Positions 11,831-25,173 of a stretch of 64,000 nucleotides of DNA are shown here, in pieces. Location: NCBI GenBank assembly GCA_951406725.2, contig OX597821.1, positions 41,416,001 to 41,480,000 on the forward strand. The letters run 5' to 3'. Below the pieces are notes generated by a model that did not search any database, was not told where the DNA came from, and was given only the letters and a program-made list of their open reading frames with translations. Position 1 is the stretch's first letter; each line of letters opens with the position of its first letter. Origin of the DNA: Octopus vulgaris. Its lineage: Eukaryota. Made by a program: the position numbers and the translations under genes.

Positions 11831-12359
11831 TGAATTCTAATTCCTGGAATCTGGTCTTTTCACAAATAAAGAAATCTAAAGTGAAGAAAAGATAAATGCA
11901 AATTTTGAAAAATTATCCAAGAAGCCTGAAAGAAGAAAAGAATGTTGTGACATTGTTGTTTCCCTAAAAAATGATGCAAATTAAACTCCTTCAACCAGGA
12001 ATACGTATAACCAGGATTTGGGACTTAACACAAGAGCAACAATAACAACAAAAACACATACAATATGAATTGTTGACAAGACAGCTAGTAGTAGTAGTAG
12101 TAGTAGTAGTGGGATGCAGAAGCTGCAGTAGCAACAATAACAACATCGCCAACAACAGCAACAACAACAAATTCGACATTGCAACTCATGACTCACATAC
12201 TTGATGCATGCACCAAGCTACAATAGCAACAACAACAACAACAACAAACAACAGGAACAACAATAACAACAACAGCAATAACGACAGCAACAACAGCAAG
12301 AATATTGTGTTGCTGTTCCTTTTTTCTTGTGTATTTTGTATATAAGCAATAGAAGCTCA

Positions 12360-12632
12360 GTAGTGGTAGTAGTAACAGTAGCAGCAGCAGCTGTGTTGGT
12401 GGTGGTGGTGATGGTGGTGGTGGTGGTGGTGTTGGTGGTGGTAGTGATGGTGCTGGTGATGGTGCTGGTGGTGGTGGTGGCGGCAGAAGTGATGGTGGTG
12501 TTGGTAGTGGTGATGGTGATGGTGTTGGTAGTGATGGTGTTGGTGGTGGTAGTGGTAGTGTTGGTGGTGGTATTGGTGTTGGTAGTGGTGTTGATGGTAG
12601 TGGTGGTGTTGGTGGTGGTGGTGGTGACGTTG
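12360..12632. repeat. Degenerate (GGT)n/(GAT)n tract
   Basis: Direct reading. Confidence 0.9.
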
Positions 12633-13017
12633 GTTATATTATTCGGCTACAAGTTAGCTACATTATGACAAGCCGCTAGAATTAATTCCAACACATGGAA
12701 ACCAGATAAATTGTAATGCACACATGGAAACGGATTAATTATAACAGGCGAGATTAATTGTAAACTGTACAGTTTGATTGATGTGAGCAGCACTTTGACT
12801 TCAAGAGAATTAAGTGAGGCCGAGGAATTGTCACTGACCAAGCATGGCAGTAAATCAAGTGCTTTTCTACAGGTGTTGATGATTTACAAGGAAAACGTAC
12901 CACCAGTAGCCATTATGCTACTAAAGTGATTGATAGAAGGGGTGGCAAGTGGCCAGGTGGGCAGGTGGACAGGTGTGCAGGTGGGGGGGGGGGAATGTTA
13001 GCATGTGGCTACGTGGG

Positions 13018-13465
13018 TCAGTGTGCTTTTGTGTTTGTGTGTGTCAGTGTGTCAGTGTCTTTTGTATAAGTATTAACATGGTGTGTTTCAGTGTGTGTGT
13101 GTGTACGCATGTCTGTGTGTGTTTGTGAGTGTGTGTGCGCGTGTGTGTGTGCGCGTGTGTGTGTACGCATGCCTGTGTATGTGTGTGTCAGTGTGTCATT
13201 GTCTTTTGTATAAATATTAACGTGTTTCAGTGTGTGTGTGTGTGTGTACGCATGTCTGTGTGTGTGTGCACATGTCTGTGTGTGTACGCATGTCTGTGTG
13301 TGTACGTGTGTGTGTATGTGTGTGTGTGTCAGTGTGTGAGTGTCTTTTGTATATGTATTAACATGATGTGTTTCAGTGTGCGTGTGTGTATGCATGTCTG
13401 TGTGTGTACATGTGTGTGTCAGTGTGTGTGTGTGTGTCTGTGTGTGTGTGTGAGTGTGTGTTTGT
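13018..13465. repeat. TG-rich minisatellite, about 3 units of 140-150 bp
   Basis: gtcagtgtgt..gtcttttgtata..tattaac..gtgtttcagtgtg recurs at ~13043, ~13187, ~13328. Confidence 0.85.
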
Positions 13466-13725
13466 AGCTTACATTTAAGAATGCTTAAGTATGCGTTTAG
13501 AATGCATGTCTGTGGGTAATTGTGTAGTTACATAGAAAAGTGTGTGAAGAATTTGGGTACCTGCAAAATTATTTGTGCATGTGTGCACGTAGGTGTGTTT
13601 GGTCATTGTAGTACGTACAAATATGTGTTAGTGTACACACAAATGTTTGTCTGTGAATAATTTTGTATGTAAGTGTGAATGGATTTTCACCTATCGAGTG
13701 GTGGGGGTTGGAACGTAACACCTAA

Positions 13726-14128
13726 GGCACAGGAGTGGCTGTGTGGTAAGTAGCTTGCTTACCAACCACACGGTTCCGGGTTCAGTTCCACTGCGTGGCA
13801 TCTTGGACAAGTGTCTTCTGCTATAGCCTCGGGCCAACCAATGCCTTGTGAGTGGATTTGGTAGACGGAAACTGAAAGAAGCCTGTCGTATATATGTATA
13901 TATATATATGTATGTGTGTGTGTATGTTTGTGTGTCTGTGTTTGTCACCCCACCATCGCTTGACAACCGATGCTGGTGTGTTTACGTCCCAGCACTTAGC
14001 GGTTTGGCAAAAAGAGACTGATAGAATAAGTACTGGGCTTACAAAAATAAGTCCCGGGGTCGATTTGCTCAACTAAAGGTGGTGCTCCAGCATGGCCGCA
14101 GTCAAATGACTGAAACAAGTAAAAAAAG
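13726..14128 (+). mobile_element. OK-type tRNA SINE, full length
   Basis: ggcacaggagtggctgtgtggtaag...gactgaaacaagtaaaaaaa. Confidence 0.93.
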
Positions 14129-14254
14129 ATCACTTGAGTATGTGGGGTGTGTATGTATGTGTGTGATTGTGTTGGTATGCATCTGAAATAAGTGCATATA
14201 AATGTGTATTAGTATATGTGTTAGTACGACTTAGTGTGTGTGTGTGTGTATTTA

Positions 14255-14479
14255 CAGTAATCCCTCGACTATCACGAGTGTTACGTTACAACCCCCACCA
14301 CTCGATAGGTGAAAATCCGTGATGTAGAAACAGTACTGTACTGTATATGTTTTTTTAATATTTTTATAATTTGTGTATATTTATTTTATTATAAATGCAA
14401 AACAACACTACGGGGGAATCAACGTAAGCTTAAATAATAGACCATGATAGGTGAACCGCGATTTGGTGAGGGATTACTC
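14255..14479. mobile_element. pogo/Tigger-type MITE
   Basis: TIRs CAGTAATCCCTCG / TGAGGGATTACTC, TA at left end. Confidence 0.8.
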
Positions 14480-15375
14480 TGTGTGTGTGTGTGTGTACAT
14501 ACGTATCTTTTTGTGTGTGTCGATGAGTGAATGCTTTGATGCGTATGCATATACGTGTGTGTGTGTGTGTACATACATATCTATTTGTGTGTGTCAATGA
14601 GTGAATGCTTCAATGTCTATGCATATACGTATGTGTGTATTTGCATGTGTGAGTGTGTGTGTGTGTGCATGAGTGTGTGTGTGTGTGTGTGTGTGTGCAT
14701 GTGTGTGTGTGTGTGTGTGTGTGTGTGCCAGTGTTAATACTTTGACCAAGAAGCCCGGTAAGTGTTGTATGTAGAATATTGCCCTTTAGACCAGGAATCA
14801 AAGGAAACCATTACAACATAGAACGGATTCGCTCTTATTCTCTTTCTGCTTTCAATCATTTGACTACGACCATGCTGGAGCACTACCCTCATGGGTTTCG
14901 GTAATCACATGGAACCCAGCATTTATTTTGGTTTAGTTCTTATTTGAAGAATTTATATTTACCAAGTGACAAAGATATCTTTTTTCTTTTTATATTTCTG
15001 CTTTGTTTTTGACAGATGTATTTTTTTTCCATTGATGGTGATGCAACAAACTCAAGCACAGTAATGAATACAAGTGTGGACATACTTACACATGCATAAT
15101 GTATGTACATAAATGGTTGTCCATGTTTTGGAGAAGATGTTGATTTCCCAACCAAATGGTTTCAGGTTTGGCTCCATTTTATGGAATCTTTATAAATATA
15201 TATATGTTTATAAATATAAATTGAATTACATAATAGTAATTTTATCTCTAATTTATATTTCATATATTTATACTGTGAAATTTGATTTAATACTAAATTG
15301 AATTTTTCCCTGTAAGTTTGGAGTTATACTCCCTAATATTATTATTATGTTTATAAATATATATATATATAGAAG

Positions 15376-15819
15376 GTGCAATTGGTAAATTGTCATCGTT
15401 TTATATTTTTAATTTCGTGTATGTGCATTGTTTGTTTTTCATTTACTTACAAACAACGAACAAAGTTTAAAATCAAGACCAACTTCTCTTGTTCCTCTGA
15501 GAACATCATTTACTTCCTTACATGCGCAGGTTGCCAACACAATTATATCAGACAGGTAAGCCTTCCTTTATGCAAAAGAGTAGCAGTCCATAAAGAACAG
15601 ATAAATCTCCCACAATACTGTCAAATTCTACTCAGTGGCCACATAGACTCTTGCACAAGAAATAAAAGTCCCAAATTTCTTATATTCCCTTTCTATCAAT
15701 GTAAAGACAGAATCTCTACACAAAAAAGAATCAACAAGGAGAATCTTTTTACTGAAAAATTCCAAACACTCCTTAATATGCAAACTTCACGTATTCCTTT
15801 TTCTAGCCTACCTAATTAA
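15376..15819 (+). mobile_element. Penelope-like element, GIY-YIG endonuclease remnant
   Basis: FSCSSENIIYFLTCAGCQHNYIRQ...L.KR...H...H...C..F.IFPF...R..KE..F...FQTLLN matches PLE GIY-YIG pattern (YIG decayed to YIR). Confidence 0.88.
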
Positions 15820-17440
15820 ATACAAATATATTTGTTACTTGTATTTCTAAGAACAAACATAAGCATCCTGCTGACAAAAAAATCCTACATTCCAATTAAA
15901 GGGTATAAAACCCACAGAATTGTCTCCCCTTATCCACAGGCACTGGATAACTCCTACCCCAATACATCTGTCAAAAACCAAGCAAAAATATTAAAAGAAA
16001 AAAGATATCTTTGTCACTTGGTAAATATAAACATCCAACCTTCTCAAACAAAACACTACTCTAAAACACATGCATCCTAATCCTTCAAACAAGTTTTTCC
16101 ATGGAATACAATTGAACTTTAAAAGCTTAAAGACACTATGATGTATTGGTATATCTATTTATTTATTTTTGTATATATTTATTGTTTTTTCGAAAAAAAC
16201 ATAATTTTTTCCCCCCTTTCTTATCCTGAAAATTTGCCATGCAATGAAAGTCAGTTTGAAATCCTTTTTAATCTTTCTTACACTCAATTATATCAAAATT
16301 TGCTTTCAGTTTAGCATTCTGCCTTATTATTATTATTTTTTTCTTTCCTATTTATATATATACAATATATATAAATCCAATTTAACATGAAACTAAAGGA
16401 TTACTCAATCTGTACAGAAGCTTATTAAATATTTAGAATGTCTGATGAAGGTGAGCAAGCTGGAACTTCAAAGTCATTATCAACCTTTACCTTGGAAAAG
16501 TTTAATATTATAAAGAACTAAAGAACTGTTCCGTATCAATAGTCCAGATGTTTAATCCTCAATGACTGTGTGTAGAAACCTGAAGGTGATGTGCTTTAGC
16601 TACAGTCAGCAGTGGAAGCACTAAATAATTGATGAATGTTTGATAGTTTGTAGTGTTGCATTTGTCTTCTCTTGTAGTTTGATGCAGTAATAGAAACCTT
16701 ATTGACATGGTCTTCACTTCAGTTCCATCCCTATTTCTCTGCATCTCCTTCCACATCTCCACATTCTCATACATATTTATTTAATAACAAATGGTTATTT
16801 ATCAAAATTCATAAGCATGCATTCTCTAATAACATAACTCTTTTATAAAGTCATTAAAACTTACACACACACACACACACACACACATACTTTCTCGCTT
16901 TATATAATTACGATCACATGTACTTAGAAATTCACATTGACAGGCACTTTATCATAGACATCAGCCGGCATGTAACGCACATGCTCATATGCACATATAC
17001 GTACTCTTTCTCACACACATATACACACTGCAAATATAATATGCACATACTCAACTTTGTTTTATTACAGCTTAGATAAAACCAATCTCAAACAGCTAAT
17101 CTCATTTGTTCCAAGAAGCAGTGAAGATGTTACATGTTTTAGAAAAACTACTCAAAGACATTTCTCTAGTCACTGAGAGTCTTCTCAAGTCCCTGAAGGA
17201 CAGCTTTCAGTAAGGGTTTCTCATGCTAATGCAGGAGGGGTCTGTAAGAATCGAAGGAAGAGTGAAAAAAATTGCCTCGTTTAATGATATTATTCTGTCT
17301 TAAGACTTTTTAAACTTGTCCAATGACAGCAAAGAAAGAAGAATTGTGTTTGGAGACAAACTCTATTTTACTTCGTTTCTTTTTTGGTACTTTGTTTGGA
17401 AGAAGCTGGATGTAATGAAACAAATTTTGTAGTGTCATTG

Positions 17441-17777
17441 GAGGGTCATTATGCTAATAATAATAATAAACCCACACACGGATTCAATTCCACTTCTTTA
17501 ATCATTAGTCAATTGGTTAAATATCTAACCAACTAACTAATCGTTCATTGATGTAATTCTTGGAAAGACTCAGAGCAGACCTCCAAGAGGGAGGGAAAGT
17601 TATAGAAAAGGTCATGAATAGCAATGGAAGGCTTTGACCCACAAATAGCCAATTGATTGTTTAACTAGCACATTAAACAAGTGATTGATTAGTTACTCAA
17701 TTAGATATTTAACCAATTCACTAACAATAAAGAAGTGATATTGAACCAATGCGTGTGTTGACTATAGTTAGCATAAT
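17441..17777. mobile_element. Foldback/MITE with ~100-bp imperfect inverted arms
   Basis: cacttcttta..ttagtcaattggttaaatatctaa..taactaatc versus gattagtta..ttagatatttaaccaattcactaa..taaagaagtg. Confidence 0.8.
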
Positions 17778-17782
17778 ATATG

Positions 17783-18012
17783 TTTCTTTATTACCCACAA
17801 GGGGCTAAACACAGAGGGGACAAACAAGGACAGACAAACGGATTAAGTCGATTACATCGGCCCCAATGCGTAACTCGTACTTAATTTATCGACCCCAAAA
17901 GTATGAAAGGCAAAGTCAACCTCGGCGGAATTTGAACTCGGAATGTAGCGACGGGCGAAATACCACGAAGCACTTCGCCCGGCATGCTAACATCTCTGCC
18001 AGCTCACCGCCT
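17783..18012 (-). mobile_element. OR-type tRNA SINE (tail A), full length
   Basis: Minus: ggcggtgagctggcaga..gagttcaaattcc..gccccttgtgggtaataaagaaa; TSD tagttRgcataatata (17765-17780 / 18014-18029). Confidence 0.93.
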
Positions 18013-18645
18013 TTAGTTGGCATAATATAATGACACTCATGGTGCCGGCATCGGTGTGTTTTTTACATGATACTAGTCCAGGTACTTTTTAAGTAGAACC
18101 AGCTGTATAAAGAAATGGGATTTGATCAAATAAATAAAGGAACATAATGGAGTAAGATTCTTTTTACGTGTTCAGTGTAGCTGGCAAATCTCCCTAAAAT
18201 AGATCCCTTATCGACATCTTTGTGGTGAATATATATTTATCCAAACCCAGAATATTAACTTGATAAAATGAACATGCTGTAACTTATATCGGTTGGAAGA
18301 TAATGCTTCAAAATCAATATGATAATCAGGATCAGTTCCCCATAATGCAATCACCCAACATGTTTTCTTTAACATATCAATTTCATTGGAACTCATCATT
18401 TTGTTTTATATTTGTTTGATTCTTTTTTATTTAAATAAATCTTATTCCAAATTTATCAAATTTGTTATGAAATCATCTTCAATCAATATTCATGAATGTG
18501 CAAGTGCATAAAATACATGTACAAATATATATGCATATAAACACACATATATATGCATATGTATATTTACATATGCTTATATCTATCTATATATGTGTGT
18601 GTATATACATATATATGCATTTATATATTATGTATATATTTATAT

Positions 18646-18693
<48 letters not shown>

Positions 18694-18764
18694 TCAATAT
18701 ATATATATATATATATCATCATATATATATATATATATATATATAAATATACATACCCAGAGCG

Positions 18765-19097
18765 GCTAACTGGCTTCTGTTCCAGTAGCACATAAAAGGC
18801 ACCATTCGAGCATGATCATTACCAGCATTGCCTTACTGGCACCTGTGCCGGTGGCATATGTAAAAGGATTCAAGCGAGGTTATTGCCAATACCACCTGAC
18901 TGCCCCCCCCCCCTGCCAGTGGTACGTAAAAGCACCCACTACACTCTCGGAGTGGTTGGCATTAGGAAGGGCATCCAGCTGTAGAAACTCTGCCAGATCA
19001 AGATTGAAGCCTGGTGCAGACATCCGGTTTGCCAGCCTTCAGTCAAATCGTCCAACCCATGCTAGCATGGAAAGCGGACATTAAATGATGATGATGA
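18765..19097 (+). mobile_element. RTE LINE 3' UTR fragment
   Basis: aggaagggcatccagctgtagaaac...cccatgctagcatggaaagcggacattaaa(tga)n. Confidence 0.87.
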
Positions 19098-19122
19098 TAT
19101 ATATATATACATACACATACAC

Positions 19123-19193
<71 letters not shown>

Positions 19194-21641
19194 TGTGTGT
19201 GTGGGGGGTGGCATTTATCAAATGGATAGATGCCAGTTTACCAGTTACTGCAATATTTGTCCTGACACAACATCTCTTATGGATGCTCTGTGGTATAAAC
19301 ACGCTAAATATCAGAAGTGGATCATAATTCATCGTAGCACTGTGCATCAAGGATGCTTGGGGTATTTTAGCCTTTTGAGATCTTTTGAATGATGTGTACC
19401 CTTAGCCAACCACATGCTCAGATGAATTTTATCATTACTGATATAGAAAAAAGTGATTAAGACATGTACTGATGTTGTAAATTGCAACTCTTCAGGATAA
19501 AAATCTGATATATGGAACTGAGGCAGAATTAGATTAAAACAGCTATCTATGTATCATACTTAATGTATACACAATGTTGAAATGCCAGTTATTTTGTCTC
19601 AAAATAATATCTCTTATGGATGTGCAGCGTTAAAAACACAATAAATAACAGAGGAAGGTAAAAATTCATCTCATCAGCATCCAGCAAAAATAGCAGATAC
19701 ATCTCAGCCTTTTTGGACCTTTCCGATGGTGCATACTCACATAAGATAAGAATTTGTCACCTCAGCACCTACCCAAGAGATGTAATCTCTGGACAAACCC
19801 TGCAGTAACTGGCCTCTCAACATTTGATATGATGCACAGGTAGCTATTTTGATTTGTTACTGCCTCAATTGCAAGCACCAGATTTTTATTCAGCTGAGTG
19901 GCTACTTGCAACATCAGTGAATGTTATATTCATTTGTTTCTGCTATCAGAAGCATTTGAAGATGGGTGATAAGATGACGACCATGATTATGATGACAATA
20001 ATAACAAAGATGATGACAACAAGGATGATGACGACGATGACGATGGTGATGATGATGATGATGATGATGATGATGGTGATGGTGTTGAAGTCACTGTTGT
20101 TGTTGTTGTTGTTAAGCAACAAGATGGGTAAGGGTGATTAGGTGATGGTCTAGGGCTTAGGGGTGGGAGACTCCAGACTTTAGAAAAAAAAACTTTGGTC
20201 ATCTTGTTGTAGTCGAGGGCTTTTCGTTGACGCCTGACACCACTGGGAGGTGGCCCTCGAAGTTGCTGGAAATGGAGATCTCAAGGTCCAAATTCTTGGA
20301 TGGCTGTAGCTGGTGGTGGTCGTCGTGGTGGTGGTCATGGTGGTGGTGGTGGTGGTGGTGGTGGTGGCGACGGCGGCGGCGGTGGCAGCAGTGATAACAT
20401 AGTCATATATCTTAGCTTATGCAGTTATGCAGAAAACGATGACCAATTTGAAACTTTGCAGATTAAATATTAATTGATCAATACTAAATATTAACTAATC
20501 AATAACAGTTTCTATATTTAAGAGAGTCGACACTTTAGTCGCACATCTCCTCTCTACAGCAACTGGACGCTAATTCTTTAGACACATTTCACATTTTACT
20601 GCTTCAGTAATAGTTTCCAAAATAGCCACAAAACTTTCTTCTTTAGAAGACAGAAATATCTGTGTGTCCACTCGTATAATTTAGCAGAGACCAACCAGCT
20701 TAATACGAGTCTATTTGGAGAGGCCAATATTAGGAAAGGCTCGACGTTGTGATTGTCTCCATCCTATTATGTCACATGATGAAAGCCAACGGACTGACAG
20801 CAATGATTGTGAAAGTAAAAGTGAAAATAGATGATAACTTTGTATCATATATGCTATGCCATTTGCTTTTGAATACAGAGAAATCAACAACTTTGAATGT
20901 TATTCTTTAAAGGATACTAAGCGTAAATTCAAAAAAAATAAATGGTTATTATGATCATAGCCGTTCTTAATGGCATATAATGTGATTTTTCACTATTGCT
21001 ATCACTATATTATACCTTAGCAATTTCTTTAGGAAATTTCCCTTATTTACTTTTGATATCAAACAATTGCCTCACAAATTGTTTAACAAACTTAAAAGGA
21101 ATCTTTCCCGGACAGATCGTCACCTTTCCAAATAATTGTCTTCTTCTTAGGACGTCTCAACTGTTTATATAGTTTATTATGCAATTTGGAAATGGTGCAA
21201 ATGTTGTTAGGATAACACTTGTTATTTCTCTTTGATCTCTCTCTCTTTCCTTTGCTCTTCTCTCCACTTAGTGTCTCGGCCTCGTTTATGGCTGTCTTTC
21301 GACTTATTTATAGACAGACACGCACAAATACACTGAAAAACACAAACACAAACACTGGAAAACACAGACAAACAGTCACTTAGTCACTTGCTGGTTATTC
21401 ATTTGTTAATAACACAAAAGAAATATATCGTGTCTATTATTATGTAATTGCACCTGTGTGTGTGTGTGTGTGTGTCTGTTAAGGTGTGCATAATATACAC
21501 AAGTGTATGTATATAGGTGTCTAGGCATATATGTGCATGTGTGTGTATGTATGTATATGTGTATATAGCTATGTATATATATATGTGTGTGTGTATGTAT
21601 ATATACATATATATATACACACACACGCCACATATACATAC

Positions 21642-21687
<46 letters not shown>

Positions 21688-21887
21688 AATGTATGTGCAT
21701 GCATATACGGTGTGTGTCTGTGTATAGATACATCCTTCCATACATACACATAAATATATGCATATATGCAGAGATAGAGAGGGAAGGAAAGAGAGAAAGA
21801 GAAAGAAAGAAAGAAGAGGAAGAAAAAAGATAGGGAGGGAGATGTAGATGGAAGTGAAATCCAATAACATTGTTTGTGTTTGAAATG

Positions 21888-21927
<40 letters not shown>

Positions 21928-22204
21928 TATGAAATGAATGAACAAAAGTGAAAATTGAAGAAGTAACAAGTCTCAACCATTCAATGTTCTTCGTCCGCCA
22001 AACAGACAGACTTTGAAATTCTGCAGCAAATGTTGTCTGCTGCTTCTTGTTCTCTTCTTATTGTGCGTAACAATTGTATTTGGCTTCTAATGTTAAGAAT
22101 TATGAATTTTAGTGAGGGTCGTAGACATAAACAACATGTGTACTCGTAAGCCGAGGTCAGGAGATGAAAAACGAGGCAGACACACAGCTTTGGTTTATAT
22201 AACA

Positions 22205-22352
22205 GCACCTTCATCGTCATCATCCTTCAACGTCCATGTTCCATGCTGGCATGGGTTGGACAATTTGGCAAGAACTAAGGAATCCGAGCACTACATCATG
22301 TCCCAGTGTTTACTTCAGCATGGGTTTTCTTGGATGAATACCCTTCCTAATG
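22205..22352 (-). mobile_element. RTE 3' tail fragment, degenerate
   Basis: aacgtccatgttccatgctggcatgggttgga...cccttcctaatg. Confidence 0.7.
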
Positions 22353-22353
22353 G

Positions 22354-22401
<48 letters not shown>

Positions 22402-22548
22402 TGTATGTATGTATGTATGTATGAATGTATGTATGTATATACATATATATGTGTGTGTATGTATATATGTATGTATATATCATGTATATATGTATATATG
22501 TATGTATGTATGTATATATGTATGTATGTATATATGTGTATTTGTTTT

Positions 22549-23006
22549 TTAAGGCTTAAGGCTGTATCATGCGCGGGGACATAGAAATAATCGGACTGAA
22601 TACCCGATCGCGCAGTTAAACCATTGGGAGTAAAGGACTCCTAGCCTTTGTCAGGGCATCCTTCTCAGAGAAGGTAACTCAAGTAACTGGGATAACTCTG
22701 ACATAAAACCTGCAGCTCAGTGGTTTCCGATGATGTTGACTTGTTCTTCTTTTCAGATTATGGCTGCTGTTGCTTAGTGAGTGGGATTGACTCAGTGCAC
22801 AGCCTTTCCTCACTCTAAAAAAAATCTTCTTGCACAGGCATTGCACAAAAGCAACATTGTTCATGATTGTTGATAGTGCTGTGTGTCTCAACTGAATAGA
22901 TGGCTGTAGCCTTAAAAAGCAAATAAAAGTCACATTCGATCTCAGCACCAATAACAGTTAAGCTTCGTGCAATGGCCATACTCGATAACGATGGGGCAGC
23001 CATCAT
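22549..23006 (+). mobile_element. Internally deleted non-autonomous RTE (5' UTR fused to 3' end)
   Basis: RTE-type 5' motif ggcatccttctcagagaaggtaactc..ataaaacc; 22925-23006 nearly identical to 63503-63585. Confidence 0.7.
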
Positions 23007-23244
23007 GTATATATGTATGTATGTATGTATATACATATATATATGTGTGTATGTATATATGTATATGTACAAACACGCACACACACACACATACACACAC
23101 ATACATGAGTAACAGCAAGGGAGGAATTTCGACTATTCCTATCTGGTAATATATATATAAAGAAGTAAAGAAGGAAAATGAACACACTTTACATAGTTTT
23201 AATATATTTTTAAATATATTATATATTGTGATTGTCAACCAAGT

Positions 23245-24133
23245 TATTAGTGGAAGTGGATGCTCCAAGAGTGTAGTTCTGAGAATAAGATTAGACTGGG
23301 CCAAAGTTCAGAGAGCTCCTACCTCTGCTGGCAACAAAAGGCATCTTTCTCTCAGAGTGAAAGGCAGACTGCATGATGGCTGTGAGTAAACAGCTATGCT
23401 ACATGGCAGTGAAACATGGGCTGTGAAAGCTGAGGACATGCGTAGGCTTGAAAGAAATGAAGCCAGTATGCTTCACTGGATGTGCAATGTCAGTGTCCAT
23501 GTTCGACAATGTGTAAGCATCTTGAGAGGAAAGTTAGGCATAAGATGCATTAGATGTGGTGTGCAAACAGTACGACTGCACTGATATAATTATGTGATGC
23601 ATATGGACGAGGATAGATGTGTAAAGAAGGGCTGATCTCTAACTGTGGTGGGAACCTGTGGCAGAGGTAGACCCATGAAGACATGGGATGAGGTGGTGAA
23701 GCATTATCTTTGAACTCGGGACCTCACAGAGGCAATAACCAGTGACCAAGACCTTTGGCGATATACTGCACACTTGAGAAGACCTTTCAAGCCAAGTGAA
23801 ATCATGGTCGTGGCTGATATTGGTGTCAGGTAACTTGGCACACGAGCCAGTGGCACATAAAAAGCACCATTCAAATATTGGGCCTCATGGAGACCCATTG
23901 AGAAGAAGACCCATCATGTCGTGGCAGACACTGGTGTCATGCAAATGGCACCCATGCCATTTCTACATACAAGCACCCATTACACCCTACCATTGGCGAT
24001 AGGAAGGACATCCAGCCATAGAAACCATGCCAAATCAGACTGGAATCTGGTGCAGCCTTCCAACTTGCCAGCCTTGGTCAAATTGTTCAACCCATGCCAG
24101 CATGGACAACGGATGCTAAATGATGATGATGAT
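23245..24133 (+). mobile_element. RTE LINE 3' portion (decayed ORF end + 3' UTR + (GAT)n)
   Basis: ..WAKFRELLPLLATK..MLHGSETWAVKAEDMRRLERNEASMLHWMCNV..GRGRPMKTWDEVV; overlaps homology with 1-110. Confidence 0.9.
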
Positions 24134-24384
24134 CATATATATCTACGTATATATATAGCATTAGAGGAGGGATATAATATCTAGGCAGATACCGAATTTC
24201 TCTATTTAAAATGCCAAGGCTGGTTCCTTAAGATGGTACAATTTTTTGGTAAACTTCCTTTAATTCTCATCCGAAGTTACAGTTTATTTCTTGTAAAGTA
24301 CAGTATTGATTATAAATAAGCTACCTGGAAATAAACTTAAAGTCTGAATGTTCAAATTCTTCATTCTCCTTATTATCAATAATA

Positions 24385-24487
<103 letters not shown>

Positions 24488-25115
24488 TTCCATTCATTGT
24501 CATTCCGCCATATAATGTGTGTGTACTATACACGTGATCATGTGCTTGAGTGTTAAGTGTGTGTCTTTGTATAGGTTCGCATGTATGTGTGTATATGTGT
24601 GAAGATAGAGTATCAAAAGTTGTGACGGTCAGAGCATTTTTCAGTTGCCCACTTAACTTTGACCGACATTATCGCCATAGCTAGCTGACCCAAGCCACCT
24701 GTCAAATGCAATTATTCTACCAACCCCCAATTTGACAATTTGTCATTGAGCTGACCAGCACAAGAGCAACACAAACGAAATGCTAAAGTTGTTTATTGAT
24801 ACGTAAAGTGGTTTCTTAGAAATACTCCAAGAATTACTTTCTTCTCATCATTTCAAGTGTGGGCGTTTGTGTTTGTCTGTCTGTTCATGTGTATGTTAAC
24901 ATGTGCGTGTATGTGTGTGTTTACGTGTATGTTTGTGTGTGCGTGGTTATGTTTATGTGTCTATGAGACTATATGATTGTATGATTAAGTTTCAGTACAT
25001 ATGTGTATGTTTATAATTCAGAATGTATGTGTACACACATACACACACACACATACATGTGTATATTCTTTTATGTTTTATATTTATATATATATATATA
25101 TATGTCTGTATGTAT

Positions 25116-25173
<58 letters not shown>

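Noticed and set aside
23430-23460. CTGAGGA...GAAA spacing
   Set aside because: Within RTE coding sequence, no supporting stems
24624-24672. 12-bp hairpin
   Set aside because: Too short for a pre-miRNA; plausible by chance
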